DNA of 64,000 nt, from contig MCFE01000158.1 of assembly GCA_002104905.1 (NCBI GenBank), positions 1 through 64,000 on the forward strand, written 5' to 3'. The stretch is from Basidiobolus meristosporus CBS 931.73 (lineage: Eukaryota > Fungi > Basidiobolomycota). Shown one piece after another: positions 27,223 to 39,084 of this stretch (positions are counted from its first letter, which is position 1; every line of letters starts with the position of its first letter). The notes beneath the pieces are model-generated. The model was given only the letters and a program-made list of their open reading frames with translations. It did no database searches and was not told the DNA's origin. The position numbers were made by a program, and so were the translations under genes.

Positions 27223-30084
27223 ATGTCTAACATCTACAATCATCGTCCCATGGTTCCAGCTGGGGCCGGAGGTCGAATCCCAGAATTACTCGATGCACTT
27301 AAAGCAGAATTTGAACAAGTCAACCAAGATTTGTCGATGTTCAAGATGCAACGCGATGAATTTGAGCACAAAAGTAAGTAAACCAAGCTTCATATAACGT
27401 TGGCATAGATCGATGCAGGTGGACCCCGTTAAAACGCGTTTTTATCGATAATACATCCCCGATAACGCGTCCAACCTACCTATGTGAATGGTGTTTATTG
27501 TTTTATGGTATCAAGATACTTATCAGCCCGATGTATTTTCGTAGTTTCTGCGCAAATTAGCGAGATGAGTAGTTTCCAACAGAATCTGTACGAACTGGAG
27601 AGAGCACATCAAAAGATCAAACAACAGTAAGCAGCGGAGAGTCGTGGTAGCTTGACGTATTGTGGTTACTAACTTGCTGAGTTTATTAGATACGAGGAAG
27701 AAATCCTAAGACTCCGCCGTGAACTCGAAGGCCGAGGTGGACATCCACAGAGTGCTGGTACACCACATCAGGCTCATCAGCCACCACCGCCTCCCAACAT
27801 AGGTCATGGTCCCTCCAACATTTTTAGTGGTATCATGAGCGGCGCACAAAACGGCCCCAACTCTTTGGTTGCTCCACCACAAATGATGGACCCTAACCAA
27901 CAGCCACAACACCCCGGCTATCCCGGCCCTGGCTCAGGACCTCCAGGCTTATCTGCTTATTCCAGTGGCGGCCCCCCAGGGACTCCACAGCAACAACCAC
28001 AGCCACTTCAACAAGGTGCCCACCAACCGCCAAATAAAAGACTACGTGGTGACTCTGATGCTCCTCATCCCATGGGCGGTCAAGGACAGCCTCCAATGCA
28101 GCAACCACCCATGTATGGATCAGGCCCAGCTTCTTCTCCGCCTATCCCGGGACAACCACCTAACCAGATGCCGGGGATGATGAATCAAGGTCCTGGACAG
28201 CCACCAATGGGTAGGTGCTAATGAATATGGAAGCACGAGATTTCAAGTTGGATATTAATCCACCATCTAGGTTACATGCCAAACGGACCACAAAACCCAC
28301 CGGTTAGTGCATTTATCTACGGCAAATCCAAGTAACACATGTTAACCCTGGTACGTTTATAGATGAATCAAGGCCCTCCTACCTCCCAACCTCCAATGGG
28401 CATGCAGGATGGCCCACATCAAGGGCCTCCGTCCTCATATCCAGGTGGACCCCAGATCCCTCCCAATGGACCCCCGGGCATGAACCGCAAATCCAGCAAT
28501 AGTGGTCCGCCACCCCAGCCTCCACAACAACAGCAGCAACAATCACCTAATGGTCCAGCCAGACCGCCCGTGAAGGGACCCAGCTCAATGGGAAATGATC
28601 TGAATGACATGGATCCAGACAGTGTAGCATCCCACCTTAAGCGTGAGGGATCCGATTGGTTTGCTATGTAAGCTCGTTTCAATGTTCTTCCAAAATCGTG
28701 ATTGATGGTTAACTTCTAGTTGCATTCTAGTTTTAACCCAAGGTTCCCACGTCAATTGAATGTCGATCTAGCCCACACCCTTGACCATAGCAGGTAAACA
28801 CGCTTTTGCCACGTTTCAGTTTTGCGATTGTACTCACGGTATGGAATACGCAGTGTTGTCTGCTGTGTTCGTTTCAGCAACGATGGGAAATACCTGGCTA
28901 CCGGCTGTAATAGAAGCGCACAAATATACGACGTTCAAAACGGCAACAAGATCTGGTAAGTATTTCCGTAGATCTGAGTGTGAGGGCTGCTGTTGACCGC
29001 TTACCACCTGTTCTATATCAGCGTATTGCAAGATGAAACTGCGAATAGAGATGGTGACCTGTATATTAGATCTGTTTGCTTCAGTCCAGACGGCAAATAC
29101 TTGGCGACCGGAGCCGAAGACAAGCAAATTAGAGTTGGTGTGGTTAATGTGTGTTGTTGGTGGACTTCGACTAACTCAAGTTCAACAGATCTGGGACATC
29201 GCCAGAAAACGGATTAGAAACCTCTTCCAAGGCCACGAACAAGATATCTATTCACTGGATTTCTCTCGAGATGGCCGCCTGATCGTTTCTGGCTCGGGAG
29301 ATAGAACCGCCAGAATCTGGGACATGGACAGTGGTAAATGTGTCTACACACTTCTTATTGAAGACAACGGACCAAAGGAGGCCGGTGTTACATCGGTCGC
29401 GTTTAGTCCAGATGGTCGCTTTGTAGCCGCTGGCTCGTTGGACAAGATGGTGAGAGTGTGGGATGTACAAACCGGCCAACTATTAGAGAAACTCGAAGGT
29501 CACAAGGATAGTGTTTACTCCATTGCCTTCACCCCCGATGGTTCGTATTCTTATATCGGATGGTCATATCACTTTCACATGGACTAACCAAATCAACAGG
29601 CAAATCTCTCATTTCCGGCTCTTTAGATAAAACCATCAAAATGTGGGATATCCTCACCAACAAGAACTCTAACATGAACCAAAAGAACAACCCATGCAGA
29701 ACAACTTTCGTTGGACACAAGGTGTGTATCCCGCCTGACGGACAATTGAGCAGATTACTTATCCCATTGATTACCAGGATTTCGTTCTTTCTGTCGCCTG
29801 CTCACCTTGCGGCAACTGGATAGTGTCCGGATCTAAAGATCGCGGCGTCCAGTTCTGGGATCCCCGCAGCGCACAAACACAATTCATGCTTCAAGGGCAC
29901 AAGAATTCAGGTAAAGTATACTCATGAAGCTGTTCATTGGTCATACCGCAATCACTGACACGATTACGATGGTACAGTTATATCTGTGACACTAAGTCCT
30001 ATGGGCGGACTGTTTGCCACCGCCTCGGGAGATTGCCGCGCTCGTATCTGGAGCTACGAAAACATCAACCCTATTCAATCTTAA
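27223..30084 (+). CDS. TUP1: General transcriptional corepressor Tup1 (Tup_N, P/Q-rich linker, WD40)
   Basis: [15 protein letters not shown]-terminal domain; [62 protein letters not shown]; many introns. Confidence 0.95.
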
Positions 30085-30595
30085 AAACGACGATTGCAAA
30101 ACGTAACCCTTCGCATTTTGCCAGAGCTTCTTTACTAGACTGATTTTCATTACCTACTTGCACTATAGTTGGTAGATTCGTCTTCTACTTCTTCAACAAC
30201 CGCTTTATTTTTCGATTAATTTACTTTCATTTTGTTCAATAGTTTCTTATTTTCAGAGTTGCTTGCTTCAAGTGTCACTCAGTGTTCCAAGTGCTAACTC
30301 TCTTCCACTCTTCCACCATATCGATATATCTTAAATAAAATCCACATCAAGGGTAGCGGACTAGCGGGCAGCAATATCAGGTTGATCCACTTATTTGGTT
30401 AATGGGTTATGTGCCTAGCTTGTGTTGAATGTTGAATGTTGAATGAAGTCGTGTGATTCTTGAATAGATGATCCAAGACAGCCCGGCTGATTAGTAATAG
30501 AAAGCGTCGCAGATTCATGCTGATGTCATGTATCCATTTACTATGTATGCATTGGGTTGGATTGAGCATATAATCTCTTTTTGGTACTGACCACC

Positions 30596-31227
30596 ATGCT
30601 CACCTCTATTCGATCCACAAGGAACATATCGCATACCTTGTATCGCCACTTTTCAAGCTCAAGAATGTCCACTGAGAAAGCCACGTATGCTGCCGGTTGC
30701 TTTTGGGGAGTGGAGAAAGTATTTCAGAAGCAATTCAACCACCTAGGCATACAAACCGAAGTTGGTTATACTGGCGGCGCCACCGACAATCCCAACTACA
30801 AACAGGTATGCAACGGAGATACCCAGCACGCTGAGGCGATAGAAATCACCTTCGACCCAAAAAAGGTCACCTACGATGCCCTTACCGAGTTCTTTTATCG
30901 TATGCACGACCCCACCACCGTGGACAGGCAGGGGCCTGATGTGGGCACGCAGTATCGCTCCGCAATCTTCTACCATTCTCCCGCACAGAAAGAAACGGCC
31001 GAGAAGGTCACCAAAGAAGTCCAAGAGAAGCACTTCCAAGGCAAACGTATCGCCACCCAGATAGTTCCAGCCCAGAAATTCTACAGCGCTGAGGAATACC
31101 ACCAGAACTATCTTTCAAAGAATCCCCACGGGTAAGCCGGCCATCGATTGCGACCAGTTTCACTATTACTAACCACCGTTTTCCTTCGTATAGCTACGAG
31201 TGCCCCACACATTTTTTGAGGTGGTAG
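30596..31227 (+). CDS. msrA: Peptide methionine sulfoxide reductase MsrA
   Basis: AAGCFWGVE, HAEAIEITFDP, DRQGPDVGTQYRSAIF, AEEYHQNYL, last exon YECPTHFLRW*; second in-frame ATG at 30665. Confidence 0.95.
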
Positions 31228-31361
31228 GTACGACAAATTGGTGATCAAGAATAAACCATTTTATATTGTTAATTACATATTATGTTTATTTATATATTGT
31301 GCCTCACAAAAAAAGGGGCCAAAGTAGTGTACATAGGGTCAACAAGAGCGCGAGTGCAGAT

Positions 31362-32778
31362 CTAATAACCGATTCTTCCTTGGTTAGCTTGAAGAGCATG
31401 AACATACCTCAGCCAATGCTGTATGATCTCTCGTATTAATGTCCACCCAGGATATTTCACAGTATAATGAGCGGCACACGGGACCATAAACCATTCGGTG
31501 TGGTACCGAGAGCACCCGCCGCAGTAAAATGGCTCAACCTTGTATTTGTCCGCAAGGTGGATATGGATCAACCGTTCCAATCGATGACTGTACGGGGATT
31601 GGGGGTTGGGTACGGAGGTGGAGGAGGAGACATCAGAAGGAAAGCTCTCCACCAGCTTGACCAACTTGCCGCATCCCTTGTTCCACTGATAGAGACGTCG
31701 GGGTAGGTTTATGGTGCGTCCGATCTTGTAGAAGTTATGCACATTACGTCCATCCGAGCCTAATTCTAAATCCGCTGTTAATGACCTGAATATGGTGAGC
31801 TTGCTTTCATCAGAATGCTTATGAAACCTTCTGTCTGGTACACGTAGATGAATCCTGGCTCGTCGCTATCAGAGATGGGCTTTGACATCTCCACCTGCAG
31901 TTTATACATTGTCTCTCTGGAGACATCTCGTGGCATCCAACCTACAGGTGTGTCTTCCCTTTAGACGCGTACAAGGTCAACAAGGTGACGAAAGCTGATT
32001 TACCTTGAAGGAGCCTGGTTGATAGATTAACCGGTTGAACTTGATCACGATGGTGTCGGCAATAGTAACTTTCCTCCGTCACATTATCATTATCAGGCAG
32101 TCGAACCTTCATTGTACAAGACTGTCCCGAGCGGGTTGTACCCCGACATATCACCACCCGTTGATCTTGGACCAGTGCGGCGGGCGTGGGGTCAAATTTG
32201 AACGAAGTCTGTCCAAAAACATATTCTGGCTGGCGGTACTGTGCGAGGTTGTAGGGTCCACGGCCATTGGGAGAGGGCTGGACAGCGGGCGGTTGAGAAG
32301 GCATGACCCCATGCTGTGGTTGTTGCAAAACTGGTCGGTTCACAAAGTCATTCCGACCTTGGTTTGCTCCAAAGGGCGGGCTCTTGGGATTGTTGAGCTT
32401 GCCGAGAAAGTTTTTGGCTTTAGAGAAAAAATTCGCCTTCTTGGGTGTAGGTTTTTCTGAAGCGGGGGCTGGTGACGCATGTGGCCCCTGTTTCCTGCTG
32501 TAGTTTTTGTTGTTGGGGAATTGGCTGAGTCTCCATTTTCTGAAATCGTCCGACAACCCTTTCAGGGAACTATCTACATTAGGTTTGTTACTTGTTGGTA
32601 ATTTCTGCTGCTGTTGCTGCTGTTGATGCAGATGGCAGTATTGAGATTGGCGACTATCTCCTGGCTTTGACCTGATTTTGTTTTTGCATGGAGCACCAGT
32701 ACTTGAGGAAATACCTTGACATGGCCTTGATTCTTGTTGAGTAGCCAGGTTTGCCTTGCGTACAGGCTTTCTCCTCAT
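31362..32778 (-). CDS. T5orf172 / MUG113-like (GIY-YIG-related) domain protein with two N-terminal Cys/His motifs; start uncertain
   Basis: EMSKPISDSDEPGFIYVY, YKIGRTINLPRRLYQW, HRLERLIHIHL, CGGCSRYHTEWF; N-terminal CQGISSSTGAPC...YCHLH and CRGTTRSGQSC...YCRHH. Confidence 0.8.
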
Positions 32779-32983
32779 CCTTGTGGAAAGCTGAGTAAGG
32801 TAGGGGGAACACTGATAAGTGTGGTATATATGTGGATATCACCTGATTGGGCAACTGAATCCGTGACAACATGAAACCAGCTAGGGCTCTGAAACTACTT
32901 TATTTTAATCTGGTGAATGAGGGAATGATGGGTGGAAATCAAACATACAAGGTTGATATGAGTGTGAGTTTGCTGCCTATATA

Positions 32984-33719
32984 CTAGTTAGATTTGCTTT
33001 TGTGTGATTGCACATCCAACTCTAGAAAATGATGAGCACGTTTGATGGGTACTTCAAAGAGTTCATTATGATCCTTACCGATTCCAGCAACATGTCCCTT
33101 CAACTCTTCGTGCTCGCTCTGGACAATTTCCTGATGGTGCTGAGGTTAGATCATGGCGAGAATTGGCTCGATGGTGGCTGTTCTATACGTACGTAGAGCT
33201 GCTTCAGGTCGCGGTGAACCTTCTCGATATCTTTGGAGGTGGCCGAGGCCGCCTTCAGCTCGATCAGCTCCTTCTCGACTCTCTCGATCTTTTTGGCGTA
33301 CTCACGAACCTAGTGCAGCGTAGAGGTTTGTTATCCAGTGGATATATAGCATAGGGGCTCCTGCCGCGAACCCACCTTGTTGGTTGAGTTGTGAAGCTCG
33401 TCGACGGATTTTACTAGCAAGGCGGAGGCCGAATGGTACTCATCGAGAAGGTAGTAGTAGCCGATACCGCCGGCGGTGGTGACTCCGAGGAGAAGTCCCA
33501 TGAGTCTAAAAATCCACGGGTTAATTTCTGAAAGGAGGCGGTTGTGCGAGTTCGTTTCGTAGACCACACTGGCCCCATTGCTTACCCGCCACGGAAGGCG
33601 CCGACCTTTTTCTTCACCACTATCTCGGGCACCGCACGCTCGGCGAAGCCGCTCTGCTCACGGAGCAGGGCGGAGGTGGTGAAGCGGCGGACGGAATTCA
33701 TTGCACGTAGACCAAACAT
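32984..33719 (-). CDS. Small single-TM, probably mitochondrial, coiled-coil protein of unknown function
   Basis: Spliced MFGLRAMNSVRRFTTSALLREQ...KKKVGAFRGG|LMGLLLGVTTAGGIGYYYLLDEYHSASALLVKSVDELH...; presequence, one TM helix, coiled coil. Confidence 0.75.
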
Positions 33720-33873
33720 TTCGCAAAAGTTCTTGGGAGACAACTGACTGGGCCGAATGAACAGAGGAAAATCAAATCAATTCGCCGGCTCCGCTATGGA
33801 TGTACGGAGGTTGGGTGAGGTTTGAATGGGGTAAAATCATTCATGTGATTTTCGTCGGTTTATTCATGGGATT

Positions 33874-34212
33874 TTATTGAACTGGGCATTTTTTGCCGCC
33901 TTCTAGGAGACCATCTCGATATCCCTGTTGGTAGGTTTCGGAGGTGAATTTGTCGATGGTGAGCAACACTCCTTCATTGAAATTGGGCTTGTACCCTGCT
34001 GCATGTTGGGTGTCTGATTCGCTGTTGATATTCGTTGAGAAGGTTAACTTGGATAATTCGGGGGCGATCGCTGCCATCTTGGCTCGTATCGAGTGGGGAA
34101 CATAGATGTTGGTGGTGGTGGTGGTGGTGGTAGTTTGTGTGTGGGGGAGGGGAAGGGCATGAACACTACACAGCAACAGGGGGATCGAAAAGACGGATAC
34201 CTTTATCAACAT
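33874..34212 (-). CDS. Small predicted secreted protein (112 aa), Thr-rich
   Basis: Signal-peptide-like MLIKVSVFSIPLLLCSVHA|LPLP, poly-Thr tract, intronless ORF. Confidence 0.6.
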   Translation of the reverse strand: MLIKVSVFSIPLLLCSVHALPLPHTQTTTTTTTTNIYVPHSIRAKMAAIAPELSKLTFSTNINSESDTQHAAGYKPNFNEGVLLTIDKFTSETYQQGYRDGLLEGGKKCPVQ

Positions 34213-34516
34213 GTGCGGGGGTTAACGCAGGGCACGTAGGTTAGGTTAAGATCAAGGCCGAGGGTGAGCACCAAGCCAGCCTGCAACTTATATCTCGCGC
34301 GTTGATTACGCTCCAAAACAAAGGAAATATTCAGTGCTGTTCGATGTGCATGTGGGAATTTCCTAATTCTGACGGCTCTAAATTAATTGTTTAATATTAT
34401 TTGGGGTTGGGGAAGATATCGCTATTAATGAGGTATGTTTGTTGCAGTGTTAAGGAGGGTTTAAAGATACAAGTCGACTTGGGAGCACTTGGCTGTCAGT
34501 GGCGGGAGGGGGCTGC

Positions 34517-34929
34517 TCACGACCACAGGTACACATTGCCCACTACGCAGAGTACCAACAACGCGAGGCCTTGGGCCAGGATGAGGTATTTGAACTTCGG
34601 CTCCAAATCTCCGAGTCTGTACCACTGCAGCTAAAGGGAAAACGTAAGCTCGAGTCACTCCCGCATCTATGTTCGGTGCTTACCAGCTTCATTTCGCATA
34701 GGGTAAAGGCGACTACACAGGCGCCAAAGAACAGATGCACCAGGCCTTTGGTGAAGGCATTTATTACCGAGAATATGGCGGTCAGGGTGGCGAATACCGT
34801 AACCACGCCGCTAACTATTTGTTCAATGAGTACATCCTGCAAAGTAAATTCAGCGAGGGGTCTTTAGAGGGTGGTGGCCAGAAGGGAACCTACTAGTCTA
34901 CTTGTGCCTCCAAATAACGGGTCATCCAT
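34517..34929 (-). CDS. TMEM243: TMEM243 (DUF2678)-like small membrane protein
   Basis: Three exons: MDDPLFGGTSRL|DVLIEQIVSGVVT...CEMKL|LQWYRLGDLEPKFKYLILAQGLALLVLCVVGNVYLWS*. PLFGxTS and WYRxGDLEPKF match animal TMEM243 as recalled. Confidence 0.8.
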
Positions 34930-35284
34930 TTACTGGCAATTTACTGGCAATTTAAATCCGAGCTGAAATAGAACAAGCAGACCTGGTGCGCAAAAATAAA
35001 CCTTAACTAGTCACCGTCTCCCCTCCCTCCCCTCACCTCCCCCTCCCACCCTTCCGGCCACCACTTTGACTCGTGATTGTTTGGACAACAATGCTGCCAA
35101 CATGGCTTCCAAGAGACTATCGGTCGATCAATCTCGAATACCTGATGACGTGATATGGAGTGAATGTTAGCAAAAATTTTCTCAAAATTTTGAATCGACT
35201 GAACCGAGTACCAGAGTAATGAGGAAAACAAATATAAATCGCCCGGCCACTCTCAGTTAACCTTATCCTCCATTGGAACTTAAC

Positions 35285-36235
35285 ATGGCTGAATACAAGA
35301 CCCGTATTGTCGGTGCCCCCAACACCCTCGAGCACCGTATCTTCTTCGGTAATTCCCGTGTGCCTGACGTTGCTTCGCTCTGTGTTTTCTAACTATTTTC
35401 GTCTCTTCCAGAGAAGGATGGCAAGGTCGTCTCTCCTTTCCACGATATCCCTCTTTTCGCCAACGACACCAAGAATGTCTACAACATGGTTGTCGAGATT
35501 CCCCGCTGGACCAACGCCAAGCTCGAGATCGCCACCGGTCAAGGTTTCAACCCCATCAAGCAAGATGTCAAGAAGGGCAAGCTTAGATACGTAAGAAACT
35601 GCTTCCCTCACCACGGTTACATCTGGAACTACGGTGCCTTCCCCCAGACCTGGGAGGACCCTACCCACAGCCACCCCGAGACCAAGGCCCGCGGTGACAA
35701 CGACCCCATCGATGTTCTCGAAATCGGTGAGCAAGTTGGTTTCTCCGGCCAAGTCAAGCAAGTTAAGATCCTTGGTGTGATGGCTCTCCTCGATGAGGGT
35801 GAGACCGACTGGAAGGTCATCGCCATTGACGTCAACGACCCATTGGCCAACAAGCTCAACGACATCGAGGATGTCGAGAAGCACCTTCCTGGACTTCTCC
35901 GTGCCACCAACGAGTGGTTCCGCATCTACAAAATCCCCGATGGCAAGCCCGAGAACCAATTCGCCTTCTCCGGAGAGGCCAAGAACAAGAAGTATGCCAC
36001 CGAGGTTGTCCTCGAGACTCACGAGGCCTGGAAGCGTCTTATCACCGGCGCCGTTCCCGCCAAGACCGACTTGTACGACTTGGCTCTTGAGAACTCCTCA
36101 GTTCAAGGATCTCCTTACGCCGTTGCTGCTGACTACGATTACAAGCAACTCCCCGAGGATTCTCGCCAACCTCCCGCCCCTATCGACTCCTCTGTCGATA
36201 AGTGGTTCTACATCTCTGGTACTTCCAACTTGTAA
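35285..36235 (+). CDS. IPP1: Soluble inorganic pyrophosphatase
   Basis: [59 protein letters not shown]; one intron near the 5' end. Confidence 0.97.
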
Positions 36236-36707
36236 GTATGCAGCTTTGCTTTCCACAAATAAATTACGTGTAAAAAGTGAACCTATCTACAAGCGACACG
36301 TGAGTGACACAGTCGGTTAAACCTCTTATTGCAATCGAGCATAGCTAGCACAATCATTGCATGCAATCTCGGGTGATGATTCGAACTTGTTGGCGTATCA
36401 TAGTATCGATACCTGATTACCTCAATCACGCGAACACGGAGCCATGTGCTAACCAGATGATCGCCTAATGGAGGAATTCGGTTAGTTGTGCGTAATTCTT
36501 AGCGTAATTCTTAGTTGCGTTCTTGGGAATCATCTATCCTATCATTGAGTCGGGCTTGCTTGTCTGGATTAGAGATATGGACATGCTACGGAAATTTATT
36601 TACAACGGCCGATACAGTATTGGTTCATATGGAATTAGGACCAAAGAGATATTGAGTATGAACAATATGAATGGTGGTTTGGCTAGTCTGCTGGCCAACT
36701 ATACTAT

Positions 36708-37107
36708 TTACATTGCTGAGCAGATGACGGGTGGCTGTTGGGGTAGTTTGGTGTTTTCCGCACATTGGGTGCCAAGGAGAGGAATATTTGGTGGAGTGAT
36801 TGCCAGGTGCGAATGGGTTGAGGAGAACGAAGAGGCGGCACTGCCATGGTCATGTCTTGTAGGCACGACTGGGATACCCGATGTGACAGTGCTATGTCTA
36901 CGAGTCTTGTGGGCTCCTGGGAGTTCGTAGCTGGGGATATTGAGGCTTAGATTCACGGAGTCCATTGCTTTGCACTCCAGGCTGCAGTACAGACAATCCT
37001 ACATCCAGAGATGTTGTTTAGCAAACGCCTTCAGAGAAAATATGCATTGGGGAAACTACCTCGGTGTCGATGTGCTTGTCGCAGATGATGCACCAGTTGA
37101 GATCCAT
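36708..37107 (-). CDS. Ecl1/2/3-like (extender of chronological lifespan) zinc-binding protein
   Basis: MDLNWCIICDKHIDTE|..LYCSLECKAMD four-Cys motif followed by an S/P-rich tail. Confidence 0.75.
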
Positions 37108-37647
37108 AGTAAAGGAGGGAGAAGCGAGTAGTGGAGTTCCACCTTGGCTAGCTAGTCTAGTTTTATAGCTGACGCTATTAATGATTATCCATGGAAATGC
37201 CGTCATAGAGATCAGCATCCAGGACTGATGCCACTGAAACCCCTTCCATTCTAACCCAATCTATGACCGGATGCTGCCGGATGCTGCCGGATGCTCTAGA
37301 ACTATTACCTAAACACATCAATTAATCAAGCTTCGTGAATTCCCGGGTGGTTCTAGAATCATGTGCACATCATCCACGAGTACCGAGGATATTGGCATTT
37401 TCTAAATGGTAATCTCGGAGTATAGGTCGCCGCACTGATCTCAATGAGTTCCCAACTCTCATCTCCGCTAGTCTAGATCCATGGAGGCTCCCCCAAGCCA
37501 AGATAACGGAATTGTTTGATTGATTTAATCACGAACTAACAAAGAATAACAACCTGCACAAGTAGCTGCATATGTTGTTTTGACACAGCAAGGCTGGGAT
37601 ATAAGACACATCGGTTGCAACACCCACCACCGTAGTTGATACCCCAG

Positions 37648-38622
37648 ATGAGAAGCCTACGTTGCGCTTTGCTTCTTGCTTTACTTCTCCTGACCAACGC
37701 CCAAGAGACGCTTAAGGTTATCAAGCGATACAGCGAGTTGTCGACCCTTGCATCCATATTGAACAACACGGACTCCGACGTGGCCCAATTCCTACTCACC
37801 AACTCCAGCCAGTATACCTTTCTTGCTCCTACGGACAAGGCCTTCAAAGAAGCGAACATTGACTCTGATAATGCATATATGTTCATTAATCTCCTCAAAT
37901 ATCACGTGATTCCAGAGATCATCAACTCCACCACCTGGGAGTCATCCCCATTCCCCGCCACTCTCCTCGCTAAGGCGCCCTTGGTAAATCTTCCAGAAAA
38001 CAAAACCCAGGTTTTGTTCGCAAAGAAAGATGGAAAGTACCTTTCTGTATCGTATGGTTTAGGAGGCGCCAAGATAGTGCAGCCCGATATCCCCACCTCG
38101 AATGGGATTATCCATCAAGTAGACCATGTTCTCTCCCCGCCAATCAACCCAAGCGAGGTGATGAAGGCGGCTAACCTGACCCGGTTTCTGGAGTTGATGC
38201 GAAGAACCGGGTTCGTCAACGCTATGGACAAGTTCAAAGGGATCACCATGTTTGTTCCCACCAACGCAGCCCTTGAAACACTGGATTGGAGTAAGCTCCG
38301 GGGGATCACCCTCGACAACCTGGTAAAATACCACATCGTCACCCCCACCGTCGGGTACTCTGCGGACCTCAAGAACGGGACTTTGCCGAGCCTGCATGGC
38401 GCGAATCTGATCATAACCAAGTCCGGCACCTCGGTGACGGTGAACAATGCGAAGCTGGTGATGCAGGACATATTAACGAACAATGGGGTCTTGCATGTCG
38501 TGGACTCCATCCTAAAGCCTAGCCCTATGGTAGACGCGAGTGGCGTCAGCTCCAGTGCGCGCAGAGCAGCAATCATCAGCATTCACCTATTGATCAGCAT
38601 CATCATTTTGCACGCCATGTAG
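37648..38622 (+). CDS. Secreted or GPI-anchored fasciclin (2x FAS1) protein
   Basis: Signal peptide; YTFLAPTDKAF...LLKYHVI...SNGIIHQVDHVL and ITMFVPTNAA...LVKYHIV...NGVLHVVDSIL; hydrophobic C-terminal tail. Confidence 0.9.
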   Translation: MRSLRCALLLALLLLTNAQETLKVIKRYSELSTLASILNNTDSDVAQFLLTNSSQYTFLAPTDKAFKEANIDSDNAYMFINLLKYHVIPEIINSTTWESSPFPATLLAKAPLVNLPENKTQVLFAKKDGKYLSVSYGLGGAKIVQPDIPTSNGIIHQVDHVLSPPINPSEVMKAANLTRFLELMRRTGFVNAMDKFKGITMFVPTNAALETLDWSKLRGITLDNLVKYHIVTPTVGYSADLKNGTLPSLHGANLIITKSGTSVTVNNAKLVMQDILTNNGVLHVVDSILKPSPMVDASGVSSSARRAAIISIHLLISIIILHAM

Positions 38623-39084
38623 GATGCATGCCCAATCAACCTATTGTTCACAGACTCTGGTTATGTAATGATGCGACTAACTTAAAAGGGAACAGCTGGC
38701 CCAAACCAAATAGGTATCAAATTATTTCCGATAATCCACCTAAACCCTTTCTCTGTACTGCAACAGAACTAGTTTTTGAATGTGTCAGGATCTATCGATC
38801 GCTCCCCGTAAACTATGGGAATGTTCCAGGAAACCCATCCAATTTTCCATGGGGAATTCAGTGGCGGTGGATTAGTTACTGGCGGTGAGATCGATTATTA
38901 ATGAGGCTTCCTTCTCAGCCACCTTTTTTTCATATAAGTTCGGCCATTTTCGAGGGTCGTTCCCTTTTCTCCAAATCGTGTGAATTTCCCTTGCCACCCC
39001 GAACCGCTCTGTGTTCCAAGCCAGCCGTTTCTTCGTATACCACCACCACACGAACCTCTCCAAGTTGAAGCCCCCTTCCTTCAG

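Noticed and set aside
37266-37296. CCGGATGCTG x3 and similar 7-12-bp duplications (30421, 34931, 36491)
   Set aside because: Ordinary slippage duplications with no evidence of function.
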